From a virus (lineage: Duplodnaviria; Caudoviricetes): DNA of 44,408 nt. The stretch lies in the IMG/VR virus record IMGVR_UViG_3300020045_011998, positions 1-44,408 of that record. One strand, given 5' to 3'. This document shows, piece after piece, positions 9,252 through 18,079 of this stretch. A program made the position numbers and the translations under genes. The notes under the pieces are model-generated. The model did no database searches. It saw only the letters and a list, made by a program, of their open reading frames with translations, and was not told the DNA's origin. Each line of letters opens with the position of its first letter. Position 1 is the first letter of the stretch.

Positions 9252-9274
9252 TTTAACTATTAAGGAAATTAAAA

Positions 9275-9595
9275 ATGAGTAAGTGTGAACAGTGCGGCGA
9301 AGAAATCGATGCTGAAAAAGAGGGAAAACATATTGAAGATTGTATGAGTCCTCAAGAAGCATTTGAAGAATATATGGATATCGTGGGGGAAATGCGAGAT
9401 GAAATAGTAACGGAGCTTTATCATGTCGAGAAACAGTACAGAGATATTAGGATTTATAGAGATGCCGTATTCTCTGGCGAGGAGAAATTTAGCGGAAAGA
9501 AGCTATTTTTGATTTTGCACCCATGGGAGGACCCCGAATACAAAGCTAGGATTGCGGCGGAGTTAGACGATGATGAAGAGGACTTGGACGAGTAA
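9275..9595 (+). CDS. Acidic hypothetical protein with N-terminal CxxC
   Basis: 106 aa, AAGGA RBS, CEQCG...HIEDC. Confidence 0.7.
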   Translation: MSKCEQCGEEIDAEKEGKHIEDCMSPQEAFEEYMDIVGEMRDEIVTELYHVEKQYRDIRIYRDAVFSGEEKFSGKKLFLILHPWEDPEYKARIAAELDDDEEDLDE

Positions 9596-11098
9596 ATGCC
9601 TGTAAAGCTTAGGGAAGAAGATGTAATTCGTATACTGTACGAAAAATATCCGGATTACGATTTTAGTAAGTTTAAGTATGAAGGTACTTATAGTGAAGGT
9701 ATAGTTATTTGCCCTGAACATGGAGAGGTTATACGGAAATATAAGGACTTAATTCGTACGGGATCCGCGTGTAGATTCTGTGCTTGTAGATATGACACTC
9801 CTACTTTCATTCAGAAAATCTTAAAAAGCCATCCGGGCGATACAGCAGAGAATTACGATTTCTCAGATATTGAATACACTGGAATTAATGGGAAATATGA
9901 GATTTTTTGCAAGAAGCACGGCGGTATTTTCTCTCAAGTGGGGGCATCATTAGTATTGCCAGAACCTAATCTTTTAATATGTCCAGTATGTAACGTAAAT
10001 AATAGAATCGAAGCTCAATACTACGATCTTGATAAGTTTTTAAGCAATGCACCTGAAGCCAGTAAAGAACTAGATGATTTTTCAGATTCTAAGTATTTAG
10101 GTTCAAAACTTCCAATAGATATACGATGTAAATTTCACAATTTAGTATATAGTCTAAGGCCAAATGATTATAACAACGGGGATCGTTGCCCTAAATGCTC
10201 ATCGTCTGTAAAGTCTAAGCCCGAGATGGAGATTTTTGACCTAGTTACATCTTGGGGCATTGACGCTATTAGTAGAAAAAAGTGGGATGTAGTAGGTGGA
10301 AAAGAGATAGACATATATATACCAAGTAAAGGAATAGGTATAGAATATAATGGCCTTTTCTACCATAGAAAAAGAGATAAAAGAGATAGATATAATAACG
10401 AGCGAGCGTCTCTAACAACCATCTTTGAAAAAAGTACAAGTGCTTTAAAGAATGGCTCATTTATTATACAGATATTTGAAGATGAATGGTTATATCATAG
10501 AGCTGCAGTAGAGAATAGGCTTAAGTCTATTCTTGGGATATCAGAGAGAGTGTATGCAAGAGACTGCGAATTAAAACTAGTCACTCCAAGTGAATGTAAA
10601 GATTTCGAAAATACTTGGCATGTACAGGGGCATGTTAGTTGCCAAATCGCACTAGGTTTATATCTAGAAGGTGTACTTGTTTCTTGTATGACTTTTGGTA
10701 GGCCTAGGTTTGAATCGTATACGCATAATGACTCTTTTGAGATGCTAAGATTTTGCGCTTCATGCAGTGTAGTTGGAGGATTCTCGAAAATTCTTAAAAA
10801 CTTCATAAGGACATATAATCCTAGTAGGGTAATATCCTACTCAGATAAAAGATGGGGTGTCGGGAACGTTTACAAAAAAAATGGATTCAGCAAGGACCCA
10901 TCTCCCGTAATTCCAGGATTTCACTGGGTAAAAGGCAGAGTTCGATATAATAGATTAAATTTTCAAAGAGGTAAGCTCGACGCTTTTTTCGACAAGGAAT
11001 TTTCAAAAGAACTAACTGCAGACGATATCATGTATGAAGAGGGTTATTTCAAGGTAGAAGACTGCGGGCAAGATAAGTGGATTCTAGAGATTAAATGA
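9596..11098 (+). CDS. Hef-like homing endonuclease (repeated CxxH/CxxC modules, PD-(D/E)xK nuclease, C-terminal GNAT-like domain)
   Basis: Three YDFS...ICPEHG...CxxC-type repeats; EIDIYIPSKGIGIEYNGLFYH; IQIFEDEW; YAR.C, H.QG, ISYSDKRW, DCGQ; AT-rich. Confidence 0.8.
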   Translation: MPVKLREEDVIRILYEKYPDYDFSKFKYEGTYSEGIVICPEHGEVIRKYKDLIRTGSACRFCACRYDTPTFIQKILKSHPGDTAENYDFSDIEYTGINGKYEIFCKKHGGIFSQVGASLVLPEPNLLICPVCNVNNRIEAQYYDLDKFLSNAPEASKELDDFSDSKYLGSKLPIDIRCKFHNLVYSLRPNDYNNGDRCPKCSSSVKSKPEMEIFDLVTSWGIDAISRKKWDVVGGKEIDIYIPSKGIGIEYNGLFYHRKRDKRDRYNNERASLTTIFEKSTSALKNGSFIIQIFEDEWLYHRAAVENRLKSILGISERVYARDCELKLVTPSECKDFENTWHVQGHVSCQIALGLYLEGVLVSCMTFGRPRFESYTHNDSFEMLRFCASCSVVGGFSKILKNFIRTYNPSRVISYSDKRWGVGNVYKKNGFSKDPSPVIPGFHWVKGRVRYNRLNFQRGKLDAFFDKEFSKELTADDIMYEEGYFKVEDCGQDKWILEIK

Positions 11099-11132
11099 AA
11101 AAAAGCCTGGATAAACCAGGCTTTTCTTTTTT
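11098..11132. terminator. Bidirectional terminator
   Basis: AAAAGCCTGG-ataaa-CCAGGCTTTT with A/T tracts on both sides, between convergent genes. Confidence 0.85.
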
Positions 11133-11146
11133 AGATTAACTAGAAA

Positions 11147-12040
11147 TTAAAAATCTAGTACAACTGCACCATTGACATTACCTAGACCGATACCTAGAGC
11201 CTCATAGGCCTCAAATTCGATCATGTCTTTTTCCGCTTTTAGGAACACGGTCGCATCGGCAAGGGTGTAGAACTGACCCAGATACTCCGGCGGGGCAAAT
11301 ACGATAGCACGATTGGTAGGAAGAATATCAGACTTGTTGGTCGTGATAATCTTATAACCGAATGCGTTATCTAGTTGAGCCTTACCGAGGAACAGGTCGC
11401 TGGCAGCAGGAGAACCGATATCCGTTGAAGGAAATGCCAGCAGGTCGTTATACATCGACTGCGTCATCAGGATACAACCGACAGGCAATTGCTTTTCAAG
11501 CATCTTCTTGACGCCAGCTAGGAAGTTACTCTTCGTAAATCCGCCGGAGATAGAGAACACATTGCTGTTAGCAGTAGCTACAGTTACGATGTTGTTGTAG
11601 AAACCCTTATCCTCGATCTTCTGCATATCCTTGATGGAGTTTTCTTGCAGAACAGTTCGGATGTCAGTGCGATATGTTGCCAGTTCAAACTTTGACTTCT
11701 TGAAGTTCTGGCTAGAGATCTTCTGGAAAGTCACAGGGTAACGAGGAGTAGTCCAATAACGAATCGGAGCACGACCCAGGAAAGGCATGGTAGCAGCAAT
11801 GCTATCAGGTTCCTTTTCTACGATGATCGTAGGCTCTTCAGTCAGCTGGCGATCAAGCTCAGCAGCAGTCACGGGCGTCGGGGGCAGGATTTTGCGAGCA
11901 AATCCGTCTTCACGAAGCTTCTGACGCACGAATGCAGACATTGCAACGCCGGCTTCCTTTGTCATGCCTTGATCAATCTTGTCAAGGAACGACTGGTTCA
12001 GGAATTGAACGTTAGTGGTTTCAGTAGTGTAATTAGCCAT
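11147..12040 (-). CDS. Major capsid protein (probably HK97 fold)
   Basis: 297 aa; last gene of the protease-scaffold-decoration block; strong RBS and terminator; C-terminal pattern GYKIITTN..LP.NRAIVF..FEAYEALGIGLGNVNGAVVLDF. Confidence 0.75.
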   Translation of the reverse strand: MANYTTETTNVQFLNQSFLDKIDQGMTKEAGVAMSAFVRQKLREDGFARKILPPTPVTAAELDRQLTEEPTIIVEKEPDSIAATMPFLGRAPIRYWTTPRYPVTFQKISSQNFKKSKFELATYRTDIRTVLQENSIKDMQKIEDKGFYNNIVTVATANSNVFSISGGFTKSNFLAGVKKMLEKQLPVGCILMTQSMYNDLLAFPSTDIGSPAASDLFLGKAQLDNAFGYKIITTNKSDILPTNRAIVFAPPEYLGQFYTLADATVFLKAEKDMIEFEAYEALGIGLGNVNGAVVLDF

Positions 12041-12049
12041 TTTGTTTCC

Positions 12050-12493
12050 TTATGCACCGATCTTAACAGTGATGCTTCCGACTGAACCGCTAGAAGCGTA
12101 GTCAGCACCTGCAGCAGCAACGCTTAGCACGTGGCCTAGGATTGGGTCAGTACCAACAACACCAGGGACCAGAACGCCGTTCTGAGCAGTAACAGCAGTG
12201 CCAGGAGTAAACGAGCCAACAGCATTGCTCACGCGGACAACGAAGTTAGTCCACAGAACAACAGCCTTACCGGTATAAGCAGCAGAACCGCTATCACCGT
12301 TGCCTTGAATCACCAGACCTGCACGGTTGGTCTTAGTAGCGCTGACCTTGTCAACGGTACCGTCAGCCTGCAGTTCAACCCAGTCGCCATTGACCAGAGT
12401 GACGGCAGCCTTAATCGCTTGCACGGTGTCAATTGCACCGTCATAAGGCCAGCCACGAGTGACTTCAGCCTTACGTTCCATGAAATATGCCAT
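12050..12493 (-). CDS. Capsid decoration/cement protein
   Basis: 147 aa, Gly/Ala/Val-rich beta protein immediately upstream of the MCP; same AAGGAAACAAAATGGC initiation region as the MCP. Confidence 0.6.
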   Translation of the reverse strand: MAYFMERKAEVTRGWPYDGAIDTVQAIKAAVTLVNGDWVELQADGTVDKVSATKTNRAGLVIQGNGDSGSAAYTGKAVVLWTNFVVRVSNAVGSFTPGTAVTAQNGVLVPGVVGTDPILGHVLSVAAAGADYASSGSVGSITVKIGA

Positions 12494-12583
12494 TTTGTTT
12501 CCTTGTTTAGGTTTGAGAGAAAGACCCAGTTTTCACTGAGTCGAAAATACTAGCTTTCGCTTAAATGTATTTTAATGCGTAAA

Positions 12584-13147
12584 TCAACGTTGTTTAACGT
12601 TTTGATAAATACCGTTGCCGATAATACCAGCTCCAGCTACACCTGCGACACCGTAACGGATATTCTTAAGATTAGAGTTAAACGCTTTTGTCTTAGGAAT
12701 TGCTGAAGAATCTTTGCTTGGAGCCTTGTTTAATCCTGGAGAATTCTTGCCAAACTTTTGGTCATGAATTTTCTTAGATTCATTCATGAATTCATCAGAT
12801 TTCTTACCAATACTTTTTGCACCTGAGGCTGTAGCCATCCGGGCTTTATTCAAGTTTGCACCGAATCCTTTTGGGACTCGGAAGTTTGCAGCTAACTTCT
12901 CCATGAGGCCAAGCTCGGAGTGCAGAACTTTGTCTAATTCAGGCTCCTTGCCTTCGAATCCAGAGTAGAAACCTTTTCTCTTCTTAATATGAGATGCTAA
13001 CGACGTTGCATACTTGTTGTACCCCTCTTCAGTTGAGGAATCGCCTTTGTATGATTTGTTAAAGTCACCGACAGAAGAATTGATATGGTCACTGATATGA
13101 CCAACCATTTCCGCAGAGGCAATCTTCTCTAAGTACTTGTTAGCCAC
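12584..13147 (-). CDS. Tagged putative internal head protein
   Basis: Starts (M)ANKYLEKIAS; internal MEKLAA; C-terminal GVAGVAGAGIIG. Confidence 0.7.
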   Translation of the reverse strand: MANKYLEKIASAEMVGHISDHINSSVGDFNKSYKGDSSTEEGYNKYATSLASHIKKRKGFYSGFEGKEPELDKVLHSELGLMEKLAANFRVPKGFGANLNKARMATASGAKSIGKKSDEFMNESKKIHDQKFGKNSPGLNKAPSKDSSAIPKTKAFNSNLKNIRYGVAGVAGAGIIGNGIYQNVKQR

Positions 13148-13151
13148 GTTT

Positions 13152-13727
13152 TCAGCTCATCAGGAATTCAGTCAGCGGATCCATTCCAGCACGCTTTAGA
13201 CCGGCAGCCTTACCCATTGTCCAGGGTTGTTCTGACGCAGCAGCAACCTTGGTCAGCGTTTCCTGGGGAAGCTTCATCATAGCTTCTAGATCTTCGTTGG
13301 TAAAATCACCTGACGAAGCTAGCTTCTGGATGTATTCAGGGGTCTCTACTTGAGCCTCTTTTTTAGCCTCAAGACGAGCGATTTTCTCTAGAGCTTGCTC
13401 CAGTTCAGCTTCCAGTTCTAAAACCTGGCCTGCGGCCTTGGTTAGAAAATCAGCAGCGACTTCTGCTTCCGTCTTTTCCAGGCTGAATTCAGCCAAGTCT
13501 TTGACTTGAACGCCCGCAGACTTGACTAGACCCATAGCGTCAGCTTCACTCATGCCTGACATAACTAGGCTTTCGGTAGCAGACTTCTCCATCAGGGATT
13601 GAGCCACTTGCATGCGAGCTTGGTCTTCACTTAGGCCAGCTTGCTTAAGCATCGATACGGCCACGAACTCCGCTGAAGTTTCAGCTAGTGCCTTGGCTTG
13701 TTTTTGTAACTTTGTTGAGAGTTTCAT
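13152..13727 (-). CDS. Scaffold-like head protein with K-x-A repeats
   Basis: KQA, KSA, KAA, KIA, KLA, KVA motifs; coiled-coil segment; lies in the head block. Confidence 0.65.
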   Translation of the reverse strand: MKLSTKLQKQAKALAETSAEFVAVSMLKQAGLSEDQARMQVAQSLMEKSATESLVMSGMSEADAMGLVKSAGVQVKDLAEFSLEKTEAEVAADFLTKAAGQVLELEAELEQALEKIARLEAKKEAQVETPEYIQKLASSGDFTNEDLEAMMKLPQETLTKVAAASEQPWTMGKAAGLKRAGMDPLTEFLMS

Positions 13728-13966
13728 TTAATCTTTTTCTCCAGATGACGATTCAGTTTAACAGCCGCGTAATCACCGGCGAGTCCAAGTCCACCTCCGA
13801 TAAGACCGGCCTTCCAGCCCGAACCTTTCGGAGCGTTGGGATGTACGATTTTATTTGTAAGCACTGAAGTGACGGAGCCAACGGCACCGATTACTCCGGT
13901 TTGAGCAAGTTCTTTTTTTGTTTCAGGAGAGAGAGCGGCTAGTTTGGCCAAGTACTTGTTTGTCAT
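13724..13966 (-). CDS. Small tagged glycine-zipper protein
   Basis: MTNKYLAKLAA; GVIGAVG, GLIGGGLGLAG. Confidence 0.7.
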   Translation of the reverse strand: MTNKYLAKLAALSPETKKELAQTGVIGAVGSVTSVLTNKIVHPNAPKGSGWKAGLIGGGLGLAGDYAAVKLNRHLEKKIK

Positions 13967-13969
13967 ATT

Positions 13970-13991
13970 AAAAAGGGGCCGAAACCCCTTT
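13970..13991 (-). terminator. Intrinsic terminator
   Basis: Minus strand AAAGGGGT-TTCG-GCCCCTTTTT. Confidence 0.75.
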
Positions 13992-13998
13992 CCTTTAT

Positions 13999-15738
13999 TT
14001 ACACACCAAGCTTAGCAGAAGCTTGCTTTACCATTTCAGTGGCTTGATCAAAGTCTACACCTTGCTCAAGCAGGAGTGACATGGCTTCAGCCTTTTTCTC
14101 TTGAGGACTACGCATTGCAGCTGCACCTGCGCCAACGGCACCTGCAGCGGCTGCACCAGCAAGGCCTAGCTTAGCAGCACGTGGCATACGGCTTAGCATA
14201 CCGCCGAGTCCACCTGGACGCTTGGCTAGCGGGAACACTTCCTTAGCAGTTCCATTGATAACATTAGGATGCAGTGTCATTGCACGACCTGCGGCCTCCT
14301 TGACGATCTGAGCAGCCTTTTCGAAGTCAACGCCAGACTCCATCAGCTTGTTTAGGGCAGCGGTCTTGACTTGATTAGGAAGAGCGTGGTCCTCAACAGC
14401 ACCTTCAACCTTAGCAACACCGGTCTCATGAACTTGGTCAGTACTAGCAGCACCTTGGCTGATAGCGTCTTGAATCACGGCGTCAAAGATTTCATTGATC
14501 GTTCCAGTAGGACGAGTGCCATCCGAAGTCAGCATCGGCTTGATGTAAGAAGCACCTTCAGCATGCATCTGAGCATTGTCAACTTGGTTCTTATTAGGTA
14601 CAGCGCCTTCATAAACACCGTCAGAAGTAACCATGTCGCCAGCAGAAGCTTGCTTGATGAGTTCAATTGCTTGGTCAAAATCAACGCCTTCTTCGAGCAT
14701 CTCTTTCAGAGCAGCAGCCTTGGCCATGCCAAACTCTTCAGCTGCGATTTCTGCAGCAGCTTGCTTGACTAGTTCAACGGCGTCGTTAAAGTCAACACCA
14801 TTTTCAACCAGATGATCAACAGCAGCAGCCTTTTCAAACTGGTCTTCTAGTTCTGCAGAGGCTTGCTTAACCATTTCAGCAGCTTGGTCGAAGTCGATGC
14901 CGGACTCTAGGAGTTCAGTCATGGCTTCAGCCTTCTTTTCTGACATCTTCTTTTTACCGTATAAGCCGCCTGCTCCGACAACTTTGGCACCAGCGGCAAT
15001 TCCAGTGGCAGCTGCCGCTGAACCTAATCCTACAAGAGCAGCCTTAGTCCCCGTACCCATCTTCTTCTTGCCTGCGCCTAACAGAAGTTGCGCACTGGCA
15101 CTCTTAACTTGATTCGGCAGTGCATGATCTTCAACAGCACCTTCGTTCTTAGCAACACCAGTGTCATGCACTTGGTCAGTACTAGCGGCGCCTTGGCTCA
15201 TTGCGTCAGCAACGATAGCGTCGAAGATTTCGTTGATCGTACCAGTAGGGCGCAGACCATCAGAGGTCGGCATTGGCTTAACCTTGGCGTCGTCTTCCGC
15301 CTTCATTTGGGCGTTGTCGACTTGATTCTTGTTAGGCACGACGCCTTCAGGGATACCAGCTTCTGTAACAGTGTCACCAGCCGAGGCCAGCTTTTGAATC
15401 AGAGCTTGCGCAAGGGTCTTACCCGCGCTTGAGGCAGTTTTTTGCATTCCAGTTACGCTTTCTAGGTTTAAGCCGGCGACTTTCTCCATGATCTCACGAG
15501 CTAGTGCGGCGCCTTGTGCACTGGCTTCCTTTGTTTGGCCTTCGTCAGACTTTTCGTCGTCTTCGTCGTCCTTATCCTTCTTGTCTTCTTTTTCAGACTT
15601 CTCACCCTTTTCCTTTAGAAAGGCGGGCTTGTCATCTTCTTTTTCGTCCTTGTCTTCCTTTTCATCTTCCTTGTCAGAAGCACTCTTGTCGAGGCCAGTA
15701 GAAAGGGAAGCTAGAAGTTGTTCAAGAGTCAGGTCCAT
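13999..15738 (-). CDS. Repeat-built scaffold/internal head polyprotein
   Basis: 579 aa directly downstream of the protease; about 17 K-x-A motifs; two ~99-aa repeats and five GxDFxxAxxxVKxA repeats. Confidence 0.7.
   Translation of the reverse strand: MDLTLEQLLASLSTGLDKSASDKEDEKEDKDEKEDDKPAFLKEKGEKSEKEDKKDKDDEDDEKSDEGQTKEASAQGAALAREIMEKVAGLNLESVTGMQKTASSAGKTLAQALIQKLASAGDTVTEAGIPEGVVPNKNQVDNAQMKAEDDAKVKPMPTSDGLRPTGTINEIFDAIVADAMSQGAASTDQVHDTGVAKNEGAVEDHALPNQVKSASAQLLLGAGKKKMGTGTKAALVGLGSAAAATGIAAGAKVVGAGGLYGKKKMSEKKAEAMTELLESGIDFDQAAEMVKQASAELEDQFEKAAAVDHLVENGVDFNDAVELVKQAAAEIAAEEFGMAKAAALKEMLEEGVDFDQAIELIKQASAGDMVTSDGVYEGAVPNKNQVDNAQMHAEGASYIKPMLTSDGTRPTGTINEIFDAVIQDAISQGAASTDQVHETGVAKVEGAVEDHALPNQVKTAALNKLMESGVDFEKAAQIVKEAAGRAMTLHPNVINGTAKEVFPLAKRPGGLGGMLSRMPRAAKLGLAGAAAAGAVGAGAAAMRSPQEKKAEAMSLLLEQGVDFDQATEMVKQASAKLGV
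14359..15393 (-). repeat. Intragenic ~297-bp duplication (14359-14655 and 15097-15393)
   Basis: Both copies encode KxASAGD...VPNKNQVDNAQM...RPTGTINEIFDA...QGAASTDQVH.TGVAK.EGAVEDHALPNQVKxA. Confidence 0.9.
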
Positions 15739-15797
15739 TTGAAATTTTTCCTTGAGTTAATGGGTTTGGTATATTCTATGAAAAGCTGTGTTTCGGA

Positions 15798-17264
15798 TTA
15801 GTATTTCAGGTCTCTCAGCAACTTAGCTTTGACTAGATTCTGAGTAGCTTGAGCCTCTCCCGCAGACTTAACTAAAGCTATTTTAGCAGGGAAATGCTCA
15901 TGCCTACGGTGCTCTTCCATTTTTTGCTCAATAAGCTTAGTAACAAGCCACTTAGCTGCGACGGCTGCGCCACCAATCATGAACAAAGTTTTAAGCATAC
16001 CCGGGGAGGAGTTCTCCTTAGCGTGAGCCAGAATAGCACGATGTTCCTCTATTGTCAACATCTGAGGTTCACGACTGAGAGTATCAGGACCCCGACCGTA
16101 AAAGCCTTGGTCACCTACAGGCCCTGTAGCGATGCCATACAAGTCTTGTGGGAAAATTGAGGCTTGTTTTGCGAAAGGTAAAAGTGCCTGTATCGCGTAG
16201 AGGTTTCTAGGAATGTCAGAAGGAATTTCCGTAGGGAAGCTTAAACTTTCTGCATCGCACACCATTGCACTCTTGGTCAGCTCCCCGATTCCTTCTAAGT
16301 TTACCCCCTGACCTACAATTTTTTGACTAATCAGCTTAGCAAAGAATTCCACGGAGGGGGAGATTCCAAGTTCAGCAAGGGCGTTGATAACGTGATGAAG
16401 GTCAAAGCCAATCAGAGTATTGATGACTTCCTCATCCGGATCCTTAACGCGACTTAGAAGCTTCTCCAGAGAAGGTGAGCTTGCAACAACGTTACCTTCC
16501 AATTCCTTGATGAGTTCTGAGAGCTTTTTGAAGCTTGCTTGCTTTTCTTTAAGGTCGTAGTTTTCAGCTAGTTCAGCAGAGCCAACAACTTCGTTTCTTG
16601 CGAAGGCAACCTTTTGTAGCACAGAGCTTGTCACATCAGCCGGCCGAAATACCATCGACATATCGAAGAAACGCAGGAAGGCGTCGTTGATAGACATGAC
16701 CTTACGGCCATCCGGATAGATTTTACCTAGTTCGTTAGTTAAGTGCGTACAATATTCAGCTCTGCTTTTGGCTTGGTTGCCGCAAATAGAGCAAGTATCG
16801 TAAGGGGTATGGCAGGCCATTGAAGTAGCAGGGAATTGCCCTTGCTCAACTTTTGTAACTACGTCCGCACCTTTGACACGATCTACCCAAGCAATGACTT
16901 CAACCCGGTGCATCTTCTCGTTGTAAACAGCGAAAACAACTTGACCGATAGCAATGCCAGGATCTTTGTTTACGTGATTTTTAAAGATATGAGCAGGGCT
17001 TGTAACGAAAGTCTGATGATGTTTCTTCAGGTTTTCCTCAGGAAAGTAATCAGCATTCCTGTTTGCACCGTACCACTCTCCCGCACCCATTGCAAGAATG
17101 TGCAGGTAAATCTTGCCAGGCTCAGACTTGATCCCAGCCACGTACTCCGAGATACGACTATCCGAGGCTTGCTTGGTAAAGCCTTCACGATGCTCTAGGT
17201 CAAGCAAGGTTACTTGAGGTTCGCCGCCGAAGAAGGAGTCGTCGGTTTCAAGGAGTTTTAGCAC
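15798..17264 (-). CDS. Prohead (capsid maturation) protease
   Basis: NRNADYF, FKNHVNKD (His), TSMAC (Ser), CSICGN..YCTHL, DMSMVFRPAD; upstream of scaffold and MCP. Confidence 0.75.
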   Translation of the reverse strand: MLKLLETDDSFFGGEPQVTLLDLEHREGFTKQASDSRISEYVAGIKSEPGKIYLHILAMGAGEWYGANRNADYFPEENLKKHHQTFVTSPAHIFKNHVNKDPGIAIGQVVFAVYNEKMHRVEVIAWVDRVKGADVVTKVEQGQFPATSMACHTPYDTCSICGNQAKSRAEYCTHLTNELGKIYPDGRKVMSINDAFLRFFDMSMVFRPADVTSSVLQKVAFARNEVVGSAELAENYDLKEKQASFKKLSELIKELEGNVVASSPSLEKLLSRVKDPDEEVINTLIGFDLHHVINALAELGISPSVEFFAKLISQKIVGQGVNLEGIGELTKSAMVCDAESLSFPTEIPSDIPRNLYAIQALLPFAKQASIFPQDLYGIATGPVGDQGFYGRGPDTLSREPQMLTIEEHRAILAHAKENSSPGMLKTLFMIGGAAVAAKWLVTKLIEQKMEEHRRHEHFPAKIALVKSAGEAQATQNLVKAKLLRDLKY

Positions 17265-17267
17265 TGC

Positions 17268-17543
17268 TTATTCTTTCGTAGAAATGGCTTTGTGGATCTT
17301 ATTCAACGCAGCCAGAGACTTAGCTTCAAGCTTAGCCCGGCTCTCATTGTGAGCCATATTAGCCTTGTTGTTGCGATAGTTTGTAACCCCAAGCCCTAGC
17401 GAAGTTGCACCTAGGCTTAGGCCAATCTTGCGGTCAGGCGAGAAATTATCCCATACTTCTTTAGATCCAGCCGCCTTATTCTTCACACCCGCACCGGCAG
17501 CTGCAAGATGTTGCTTAACTTTATTTAAGATAGGGTTGGTCAT
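17268..17543 (-). CDS. Small basic putative virion protein
   Basis: MTNPILNKVK (tag-like); GLSLGATSLGLG. Confidence 0.6.
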   Translation of the reverse strand: MTNPILNKVKQHLAAAGAGVKNKAAGSKEVWDNFSPDRKIGLSLGATSLGLGVTNYRNNKANMAHNESRAKLEAKSLAALNKIHKAISTKE

Positions 17544-17548
17544 GACTT

Positions 17549-18052
17549 TTAAGTAAAAAGCTTCGGGCTAAACAGAGCATTCTTCTTGGAGTCCAGGAAC
17601 CGAGCCTCTAGGTCGGCCAGGGTTCTAATTGTCATCGGATCAATACCCTCACCGTGAACGGCATTGCTCAGAATGGCAGTCAGAAGGTTCGGGTCTACTG
17701 CAACGTGAGGAGCGAACTTGAACACAGTGTCTGCATAGGAGCGGACTTTTTCAGGAGGAGCATTCTTCAGGAGGGCATTGGTCGTCATGACGTGGCTCAA
17801 CGAAGCTTGGAACTTAACGTGAAGGTTGTCAGTGTTTGCCTGGGACATAGCCTTAGATGCGCCGTAAATTCCTAGGCCGATTGCCGCCGCACCGAGACCC
17901 TTGCCGACTGCAGATGCAGCGCCACCAGCTAGTGCGCCGCCTAACGTTTCAGCCCCGAAAGCCTGCTTTAGAAAGCCTACGGTAAACTCTTTAGCCTTCT
18001 CGGTGTCGCCTGCAAACTTTTCCAGGCCGATTTCATAAATGTCGTTGATCAT
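17549..18052 (-). CDS. Putative internal virion protein with glycine zipper
   Basis: LEKFAG, LKQAFG followed by GGALAGGAASAVGKGLGAAAIGLG. Confidence 0.65.
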   Translation of the reverse strand: MINDIYEIGLEKFAGDTEKAKEFTVGFLKQAFGAETLGGALAGGAASAVGKGLGAAAIGLGIYGASKAMSQANTDNLHVKFQASLSHVMTTNALLKNAPPEKVRSYADTVFKFAPHVAVDPNLLTAILSNAVHGEGIDPMTIRTLADLEARFLDSKKNALFSPKLFT

Positions 18053-18079
18053 AAAGTCCTTGTTTTGTGTTAGTTATTC

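Noticed and set aside
14359-15393. DGR-type repeat pair
   Set aside because: Both copies are in frame in one ORF and differences are largely synonymous, not adenine-restricted
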